64,000 nt of DNA from Acidaminococcales bacterium (GTDB taxonomy: Bacteria > Bacillota > Negativicutes > Acidaminococcales > JAISLQ01), in the NCBI GenBank assembly GCA_031552765.1, contig JAVBME010000011.1, positions 4,178 to 68,177 of the forward strand, read 5' to 3'. Both the position numbers and the translations under genes were made by a program. Positions 57,123 through 64,000 of the stretch are shown here, one piece after another. Every line of letters starts with the position of its first letter. Within the stretch, counting starts at the first letter, position 1. Below the pieces are notes generated by a model. That model was not told where the DNA came from, searched no databases, and saw nothing but the letters and a program-made list of their open reading frames with translations.

Positions 57123-58229
57123 TCAAAAGAACAGCGTCTGGTTGCGCATATTGATATTGAGTAGTATCCCCATACACATCATATTTGTCGTAAGGGCGGA
57201 AACGCCGTAACTCATAAAGGGCAGCGGTATGCCTGTCACAGGCATTATGCCCATAGTCATGCCGACATTGACCAAAACGTGAAAAGCCAGCATAGCCACT
57301 ATCCCGACAGCCAAGAGGGAGCCAAAGTCGTCCTTGGCCTCCATGGCTATCCTGATGCCGCGGTAAATTACTATACCATAGAGCAGCAGCACAATAATGA
57401 TGCCGATAAAACCAAGCTCTTCACCAATGACTGCGAAGATAAAATCGGTATGGTTCTCCGGCAGGAAATTAAGCTGGCTCTGCGTACCGGCAAACAGCCC
57501 CTTGCCGCTTATCATCCCCGAGCCTATTGCTATTTTCGACTGTATGATGTGATAGCCGGAGCCAAAAGGGTCCTTGTCCGGGTCGAGAAAAACCATGATG
57601 CGGTTTTTCTGGTAATCTTTCAGCAAATGCCAAAAAACCGGCGCCAGCACTACTGCCGCGCCAGCCAGCCATTTATACAGCTTGACTGGAATGCCCGCTA
57701 TATATAGCATGACAAGGACTATAGCCACAAAGACCAGCGACGTGCCGAGGTCTGGCTGCTTGAGCACCAGTAGGAAGGGCGGCAGCATATAGCCAAATAT
57801 CGGCGCGGCATCCCACATGCTGGAAAAATTTTCCTTGCGGTCGTTGAGCATTTTCGCCATGACCACGATCATGATTATCTTGGAGAATTCACTGGGCTGG
57901 AGGCTCACCGGACCTATCTGTATCCAGCGCTGGGCCCCGAGAGCGCTCTGCCCGACAAACATGACCGCCAGCAGCATTATCAGATTGAAAAGGTATAGAG
58001 GGGTAGCAAAACGTTCTAGCTGTTTGTAATCAAAACGCAGAGAGAAAAACATCAAAGCCAGATTTATTAACAGGAAAATAGCCTGTCTTTGCACATACCA
58101 ACGCGAATCGTCGCCGCCCGCGGTAGCGTATGTAGCGCTGGTTATCATCACCAGGCTTATGATGTTGAGCAGCAGCACCGCGCCCAACAATACGATATCC
58201 AAATTACGCAAAGCTCTATTTTGGAACAT
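57123..58229 (-). CDS. rodA: Rod shape-determining protein RodA
   Basis: GAQRWI, QPSEF.K, QPDLGT, LPENHTDFIF and GIPLPFMSYG motifs. Confidence 0.96.
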   Translation of the reverse strand: MFQNRALRNLDIVLLGAVLLLNIISLVMITSATYATAGGDDSRWYVQRQAIFLLINLALMFFSLRFDYKQLERFATPLYLFNLIMLLAVMFVGQSALGAQRWIQIGPVSLQPSEFSKIIMIVVMAKMLNDRKENFSSMWDAAPIFGYMLPPFLLVLKQPDLGTSLVFVAIVLVMLYIAGIPVKLYKWLAGAAVVLAPVFWHLLKDYQKNRIMVFLDPDKDPFGSGYHIIQSKIAIGSGMISGKGLFAGTQSQLNFLPENHTDFIFAVIGEELGFIGIIIVLLLYGIVIYRGIRIAMEAKDDFGSLLAVGIVAMLAFHVLVNVGMTMGIMPVTGIPLPFMSYGVSALTTNMMCMGILLNINMRNQTLFF

Positions 58230-58232
58230 ATT

Positions 58233-58544
58233 TTACCTTACTAAGCCAAATTTGTTGCCGGCCATAGCCTTGGCCGCCCTTTTCACCCGGTGCACAGGGA
58301 TATTGGCAATAAGAGATACGGAGGAATTGGTAGTAGCAAGGTCTATTTGCATCTCTTGTTCATCTATATCCATATAGTTAGATATAACTTTTATCATATC
58401 GCTGCGTATAGCGTCCATACACTGGGGAGATACATCAACCCGGTCATGCACCAACACCGACCGTAAACGCTCACTGGCCACGCTGCCGGAGGTCTTTTCT
58501 CCACCGCTAAAAAACTTTTGGATAATGCCCGCGAAAGGATTCAT
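58233..58544 (-). CDS. minE: Cell division topological specificity factor MinE
   Basis: SGSVASERLRSVLVHDR and ANIPV motifs. Confidence 0.93.
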   Translation of the reverse strand: MNPFAGIIQKFFSGGEKTSGSVASERLRSVLVHDRVDVSPQCMDAIRSDMIKVISNYMDIDEQEMQIDLATTNSSVSLIANIPVHRVKRAAKAMAGNKFGLVR

Positions 58545-58559
58545 ATACGCATCTCCCTT

Positions 58560-59357
58560 CTATTTGGCAAGGCCAAAGAACCGTTTTAGCTTGTCGGCAA
58601 AAGTATCCGGCGTTTTAAGTTCCATAAACGGCACATCTTGCCCCAGCAGGCGGTCTGTTATATTTTTATAGGCCTGCCCGGCCAAAGACGCCGGATTGGC
58701 CACGGCAGGCTCGCCGCGGTTTGTAGATACTACTATATACTCATCTTCCGGCACTACGCCGACAAGATCTATGGATAGGATATCCACCACATCTTCCACA
58801 CTCATCATATCGCCTTTTTTCACCATAGTGGGGCGGATACGGTTGACTACCAGAAGCGGGGGCTGTTTGCCGGCCGCCTCCAAAATGCCTATTATCCGGT
58901 CGGCGTCGCGCACGGCGGAAACTTCCGGCGTGGTCACGATGACTTCCCGGTCGCAACGCGCTATGGCGCTTTTAAAGCCATGTTCTATACCGGCCGGGCA
59001 GTCGACTATGACATAGTCGAACTCTTCCGCCAACTCTTCACAAAGTGCCGCCATCTGCGCTTCGGTCACGGCGTTTTTGTCGCGCGTCTGTGCCGCCGGC
59101 AAAAGAAACAGGTTTTCAAATCGTTTATCGCGGATAAGCGCCTGTTTCAAACGGCAATTACCCTCAACTACGTCGACCAGGTCGTAAACTATGCGGTTTT
59201 CAAGTCCCATCACGACATCAAGGTTCCTCAGCCCTATATCTGCATCCACAAGGACGGTCTTCTTGCCTGAGAGCGCAAAACCTGTGCCGATATTGGCAGT
59301 AGTGGTGGTTTTACCGACACCGCCTTTGCCGGATGTAACTACTATTACTTCTCCCAT
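58560..59357 (-). CDS. minD: Septum site-determining ATPase MinD
   Basis: SGKGGVGKTT, DIGLRNLD and DCPAGIE motifs, C-terminal amphipathic helix. Confidence 0.97.
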   Translation of the reverse strand: MGEVIVVTSGKGGVGKTTTTANIGTGFALSGKKTVLVDADIGLRNLDVVMGLENRIVYDLVDVVEGNCRLKQALIRDKRFENLFLLPAAQTRDKNAVTEAQMAALCEELAEEFDYVIVDCPAGIEHGFKSAIARCDREVIVTTPEVSAVRDADRIIGILEAAGKQPPLLVVNRIRPTMVKKGDMMSVEDVVDILSIDLVGVVPEDEYIVVSTNRGEPAVANPASLAGQAYKNITDRLLGQDVPFMELKTPDTFADKLKRFFGLAK

Positions 59358-59373
59358 TATGATAATACCCTCC

Positions 59374-60015
59374 TCAGTGATGAATTGTCTCGATGACTAT
59401 CTCGCCGTCTTTTATCCTGGCCCGCTCCGGCCCGCTGCCAGGCGACTCGGCGTCCGGCGCCCTGACTATACAATCGGCGATGCGTACCTGCCCGCCAATA
59501 AAACGCCCGGCTGTGGCCTGCGCCCCCCGGTCGCCGAGGGCTCCGGCGTGCAAAACGCCGCGGGAGACGCCTACCACGATTATGTCGTGCTCGGCAAAAA
59601 TACGCGCGGTAGGGTTTACATCGCCCAATACTATCACCGTGCCGTTAAACCTTATTTCCTGTCCGCCCCTCATAGTACGCCGCAATACCAGCGTGGGTAT
59701 TATTACGGCATCCGGCGGCGCGATATATGGCATGCCGCCTTCCCGGACCATTTGGGCCGGCTGCCCGGAAGAAAAGTAAATATCATAGGCAAGGCCAAAT
59801 TGCTCGACCAACTTACTTATCTCGTCATGTTGGGCAAAACTTAGCACTTTGCCCCTGTACCGCAAAGGCATAGGGACAGACGACTTGGCAAAAAAATCCC
59901 TCGCCGCTTCCAGCTTGTTTTTCAGTTCGCCGATGACTTCTTCAAAAGACGGATCACCGTTGACCACCAACAGCAAACTCTCTTTTTCGCCTTTCAATAT
60001 AACTTCATTATCCAT
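59374..60015 (-). CDS. minC: Septum site-determining protein MinC
   Basis: RTMRGGQ, GDVNP and G.LHAG motifs; upstream of minD. Confidence 0.9.
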   Translation of the reverse strand: MDNEVILKGEKESLLLVVNGDPSFEEVIGELKNKLEAARDFFAKSSVPMPLRYRGKVLSFAQHDEISKLVEQFGLAYDIYFSSGQPAQMVREGGMPYIAPPDAVIIPTLVLRRTMRGGQEIRFNGTVIVLGDVNPTARIFAEHDIIVVGVSRGVLHAGALGDRGAQATAGRFIGGQVRIADCIVRAPDAESPGSGPERARIKDGEIVIETIHH

Positions 60016-60096
60016 ATATACCTGCCCTTTGGTTGATAAATTATATACCCATTCGCCCTATATAATGAAAACTCCTGCAAAAATGCGCAAAATCTG

Positions 60097-61887
60097 TTAT
60101 TTTGGCTTTAAATGGAAATGCTGCTCAAATATCCTCCTGGCCACCGGCACGGCTGCCGTAGCGCCGTAACCGCCCTGCTCTATTAGCACTACTACCGCTA
60201 TATCAGGATTATCCGCCGGGGCGTAGGAGACAAACACGCCATGGTCTTCGCCCATGGAATTTTCCGAAGTACCGGTCTTGCCGGCCAGCGGAACGGTAAA
60301 ACCGGCTAGTTGACCGGCTGTGCCGCCTTCCTGCGCCACATCGCGCAGCCCTCTTTTTATGATCTCTATAGTTTTGGCCGAAACCGGCAGCTTAGCCACC
60401 GCCTGCGGTTTAAATTGCTCTATCAGCTCTCCCTTGTCGGAGACTATCTTGCTGACCAGGTATGGCTTGTAGCGTGTACCTCCGTTAGCTACCGCGCTAA
60501 TAGACACCGCCATCTGGAGCGGCGTGGCCAGTTGGAAGCCCTGGCCGATTCCCGCGTCAAAGGTTTCCGCCAAATACCAGTCTTCATTGAAAAGCTTCTT
60601 TTTATAGGCCGGGTTGGCAACAAGCCCCTCGGACTCACCGGGCAGATTTATCCCGGTCAGGCTGCCGTAGCCAAAAGCCCGGGCGTATTTTTCGATGTTC
60701 GCTATCCCTAAGCGGTAAGCCATTTCGTAAAAATATACATTATCTGATTTGGCCAGCGCTTCATTAAAATCTATCCAGCCCAGCGCTCCGCCGCCGGAAT
60801 TCCCTTTATCCGGCACCAGGCGGTGATGCCCGCCGTCAAAGAACTTCTCCTCAGGCGTTACTTTGCCCATCTCCAGAGCCGCCGCGCCTGTCACCACCTT
60901 AAAGGTGGAGCCGGGCGGGTATTCGCCGCTGATTGCCTTGTTGTCCATAGGATTATACGGATTTTTGCTGATTTTGTCCCACTCTTTTTGCGAAATGCCG
61001 GAAACAAAGCTATTGGGATTAAAGGTAGGATAAGAAACAAGCGCCAATACCGCGCCGTCACGCGGGTCGAGCACTACTACCGACGCGGCAAAAGCCTTGC
61101 TGCGCCCGGCATATTTCCTCAGCCACTCGAGGTGCTCCGCTACTGCCTGTTCCGCAGCTTTTTGCACTTCCATATCTATGGTCAGGTAGATATTATCACC
61201 CGGCACCGGTTCTTTTTTGCCCAATTGGTGCACGATCCGCCCGGCGACATCCACCTCGGCGCGGTTGGCGCCATCTTCCCCGCGTAAAATAGCGTCATAA
61301 TATTTCTCAAGCCCCATCTTGCCAATGATCTGGCCGGACTTATAGCCTTTTTCCTTGAGCTTCGCCAGTTCATTCTCGCTGATTTCGCCCACATAGCCTA
61401 TAGCGTGAGCCGCCAGTTCATTGTACACATACGTACGCAGGGGCTGGATGGCTATCAGTACACCAGGCAAATCGCCGCGGCGCTCTTCGATAGCCGTGAC
61501 CATCTCCGGCGTTAGGTTACTCTTGATCAACACAGGCTCGTAGTTGCCTTTATTTTTCACGACTTTGGCCGTTATTTCTTCCGCCGTCATGTGGACTATA
61601 TCCGCCAGGCGCGCAGCCACTTCCGGCGTAAACTTGCTCTCCTTGGCATTCACCACCACAGTAAACCCCGGGTGGTTGGTCACCAGCGGCACGCCGTTGC
61701 GGTCGTAGAATATCCCGCGCGGCGCCATTATCGGCGTCGTGCGTATCCTATTGCCGTCAGCCTGCCCTTTATAATAGTCGCCTTTATATATTTGCAGCCA
61801 GGCGGCTCTCGACACTAACGCTAAAAAAACGAGAGTAAACAGTACTCCCAAAATCTCGAAGCGGTATGTATATTTTTTGGACAGCAT
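60097..61887 (-). CDS. mrdA: Penicillin-binding protein 2 (class B)
   Basis: APRG...DRNG, PGSTFK, SDN and GKTGT motifs. Confidence 0.96.
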   Translation of the reverse strand: MLSKKYTYRFEILGVLFTLVFLALVSRAAWLQIYKGDYYKGQADGNRIRTTPIMAPRGIFYDRNGVPLVTNHPGFTVVVNAKESKFTPEVAARLADIVHMTAEEITAKVVKNKGNYEPVLIKSNLTPEMVTAIEERRGDLPGVLIAIQPLRTYVYNELAAHAIGYVGEISENELAKLKEKGYKSGQIIGKMGLEKYYDAILRGEDGANRAEVDVAGRIVHQLGKKEPVPGDNIYLTIDMEVQKAAEQAVAEHLEWLRKYAGRSKAFAASVVVLDPRDGAVLALVSYPTFNPNSFVSGISQKEWDKISKNPYNPMDNKAISGEYPPGSTFKVVTGAAALEMGKVTPEEKFFDGGHHRLVPDKGNSGGGALGWIDFNEALAKSDNVYFYEMAYRLGIANIEKYARAFGYGSLTGINLPGESEGLVANPAYKKKLFNEDWYLAETFDAGIGQGFQLATPLQMAVSISAVANGGTRYKPYLVSKIVSDKGELIEQFKPQAVAKLPVSAKTIEIIKRGLRDVAQEGGTAGQLAGFTVPLAGKTGTSENSMGEDHGVFVSYAPADNPDIAVVVLIEQGGYGATAAVPVARRIFEQHFHLKPK

Positions 61888-61917
61888 AATATGCCTCCCG
61901 CCCTAATCGGAAAAAGG

Positions 61918-62421
61918 CTAGAAAGTTACCTCTCCGTCCGTCAGCTTTCTTCTCATTTTATTAAATAAAAACAGTATCGGCAAAGTTATAAGAGTGTTAT
62001 AAATCACCGAATTTCCGGCATGCGCCAGCATACCCAGCCAGTTGCAAAAAGCGTAGCCGGAAAAAGCAACACAGACCAGCAGCAGGATATTTACTGCAAA
62101 GCTGGCCACAGCAACCATTATAAGCGGCAAGACGAAGTTGTCTTCAAAAACATTTTTCTGCATCATACCGGAAACCATACCCACAGGCATAAGAACCAGC
62201 GTGTAAAAACCGAACAAACCACTATTTAAAAGGTCGACCAAGAGGCCGCAAAAAAAACCAGTTACCAAGCCTTGTGTACGCCCATAGACGACACCGGTCA
62301 AAAGGACAAACACCAAAACGACATCCGGCTTTACGCCATTTATAGACATAAAGTAAGCCGCCGAACCTTGAAAAGCTACGACAAATAAAATCAGCAACAG
62401 CCAGCAGACGACCCTCTTCAT
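61918..62421 (-). CDS. mreD: Rod shape-determining protein MreD
   Basis: Hydrophobic, GVKPD and GLLVDL segments, position in the mre operon. Confidence 0.9.
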   Translation of the reverse strand: MKRVVCWLLLILFVVAFQGSAAYFMSINGVKPDVVLVFVLLTGVVYGRTQGLVTGFFCGLLVDLLNSGLFGFYTLVLMPVGMVSGMMQKNVFEDNFVLPLIMVAVASFAVNILLLVCVAFSGYAFCNWLGMLAHAGNSVIYNTLITLPILFLFNKMRRKLTDGEVTF

Positions 62422-63296
62422 GGCCTCTCCTGCGGTTTAACCGGCTTTTCTGCCTGCGGCTCGGCAAAATTGGTCACATTGGTAATGACCATAACCTCTT
62501 CCAGGCGGTCAAAATCCACCGCCGGAGTTATCACGGCATATTTCAGCAGACCGCCTTCGGCATTTACCACCTTTTCCACAGTGCCTATTACTACGCCTTT
62601 AGGGTACATGCTGCCAAAGCCGGAAGTTATGATCGTATCGCCGTCGGCAACGTCTGCGTCGCGCGACAGATTTATCAGGTTAGGCGTCCTCGGCGTTGAA
62701 GCATTGCCGCTGACTATGCCGGCCACACGCGACATAGGCCGCTGCACCATACCGCCGACCGCGGATTTAGGATGCAAGATAAGCTGGACGCGTGCGCTGC
62801 TTTTATAAACTTCACTGACGCTGCCGACCAGCCCGTCCGCGGTTATTACCGACATATCGCGCGCAACATGGTCTTTTTCACCTTTATCAATGATGATATT
62901 GCCCACAAAGCCGCCCGGACTGAAGCCGACCACTTTGGCCGTCAACAGGATATAGCGGTTCTGGCTCTGCTTAAAATTCAAAAGAGCCCGCAAACGCTGG
63001 TTTTCAGCCCATATTTCCGCCGCCTCGACATTCGCCTTGCGCAGTGACGCTATTTCCTTTTTCAAATCCTCATTTTCTTCATAAGTGGACATGACGGAAC
63101 CCAACAAGCGCCCGGCCTTGGTTACAGCTTCGCTTATACCTGTGATAGCGGTTTCCAGCGGCTGCATCACGCTGACCAGCACTTTTTTAGCAATAGGGAA
63201 AGCATACTTACCATTGGCTGCCGAAATGACCAGTACGGTCAACAGAAGTATAGCCAACATAAGAACAACATTTTTTTTCGCAAAAAGATCCCGCAT
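62418..63296 (-). CDS. mreC: Rod shape-determining protein MreC
   Basis: TM, coiled coil EN.RLR.LL, IDKG, GLVG and TSG.G..YPKG motifs. Confidence 0.95.
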   Translation of the reverse strand: MRDLFAKKNVVLMLAILLLTVLVISAANGKYAFPIAKKVLVSVMQPLETAITGISEAVTKAGRLLGSVMSTYEENEDLKKEIASLRKANVEAAEIWAENQRLRALLNFKQSQNRYILLTAKVVGFSPGGFVGNIIIDKGEKDHVARDMSVITADGLVGSVSEVYKSSARVQLILHPKSAVGGMVQRPMSRVAGIVSGNASTPRTPNLINLSRDADVADGDTIITSGFGSMYPKGVVIGTVEKVVNAEGGLLKYAVITPAVDFDRLEEVMVITNVTNFAEPQAEKPVKPQERP

Positions 63297-63310
63297 ATAT
63301 GCCTCCCCGA

Positions 63311-64000
63311 TCAGCTACGCCGGGAAGCTATAAAACCTTTTTTGTAAGCGTCTACATTCTCTACCGCTTTGCCTGTTCCTACCGCTACGCAAGACAGCGC
63401 GTCGTCTGACAAGTAGACAGGCATTCCTGTTTCTATGCTCAAAAGCTTGTCGAGGTTGCGCAAGAGCGATGAGCCGCCGGTCATGACTATGCCCCTGTCC
63501 ATGATGTCGGAAGCAAGTTCAGGCGGCGTGCGCTCGAGAGTATTTTTCACCGCGTCGATAATACCTGCTACCGGCTCGCTCAAAGCCTGCTGTACCTGGG
63601 AAGACGTCACTACAATGGTCTTCGGCAAGCCGCTCACCAGGTCGCGGCCGCGTATTTCGTATTTTTCCTCGGTAGTAGGCGCCACAGCGGAGCCGACGTT
63701 TATTTTGACCTCTTCCGCCGTACGTTCACCGATCAGCAAGTTATAATTCTTTTTTATATACTGCACGATAGATTCATCCATCTCGTCGCCGCCAATACGG
63801 ATAGAACGGCTTGCTACTATGCCGCCGAGCGAGATGACCGCGACTTCCGTGGTACCGCCGCCGATATCGACTACCATATTGCCGGTCGGCTCCTGCACCG
63901 GGAGTCCGGCGCCGATGGCCGCCGCCATGGGCTCTTCGATTAGATAGGCCTCGCGCGCGCCCGCTTGCAGGGTCGCGTCGATGACCGCGCGCTTTTCCAC
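63311..64000 (-). CDS. mreB: Actin-like MreB, C-terminal part (start outside window)
   Basis: [31 protein letters not shown] and TGG motifs. Confidence 0.97.
   Translation of the reverse strand: MEKRAVIDATLQAGAREAYLIEEPMAAAIGAGLPVQEPTGNMVVDIGGGTTEVAVISLGGIVASRSIRIGGDEMDESIVQYIKKNYNLLIGERTAEEVKINVGSAVAPTTEEKYEIRGRDLVSGLPKTIVVTSSQVQQALSEPVAGIIDAVKNTLERTPPELASDIMDRGIVMTGGSSLLRNLDKLLSIETGMPVYLSDDALSCVAVGTGKAVENVDAYKKGFIASRRS

Noticed and set aside
52083-64000. Novelty in the mre/min/rodA/radical SAM/rng/ribosomal block
   Set aside because: This is a standard conserved Clostridia/Negativicutes gene order. The radical SAM pair is of unknown function but is a described family.
1-64000. CRISPR arrays, tRNA/rRNA genes, IS elements
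   Set aside because: No regularly spaced direct repeats, cloverleaf or rRNA signatures, or transposase-like ORFs seen by eye.

Overview
This is a chromosomal window from an anaerobic Bacillota. Negativicutes is an inference from the L27 N-terminal extension with Prp, a Spo0B remnant, minCDE, TRAP systems and a MacA-type adaptor. The minus-strand housekeeping backbone is mreBCD-mrdA-minCDE-rodA-radical SAM pair-rng-rplU-prp-rpmA // spo0B'-obgE-proBA // nadD-yqeK-LCP-rsfS-cvfB. Three accessory blocks interrupt or flank it. (1) 1-9.9 kb: a sigma54/bEBP organic-acid catabolic region with three -24/-12 promoters, two TRAP systems, a crotonase, an atypical HMGL-family lyase and a SucC-like ligase. 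(2) 14.7-31.7 kb: MacAB-type ABC exporter, an XRE-headed array of seven highly diverged paralogous exported proteins plus DUF805-like and Zn-ribbon genes, mce, a thioesterase, an M48 peptidase and ahpC/ahpF-like genes. (3) 35.7-52.0 kb: a LysR-controlled island with a 2-hydroxyacyl-CoA dehydratase system, class III CoA transferase, three SLC13/DASS carriers and beta-oxidation-type enzymes, with a shared operator visible at three promoters. The best candidates for novelty are an unassigned ~255-nt structured ncRNA with its own promoter and terminator (10089-10345, minus strand) and the paralogous exported-protein array (18.8-25.3 kb). I saw no rRNA, tRNA, CRISPR array, transposase or integrase. 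All calls come from reading the sequence and recalling protein families; no database searches were run.
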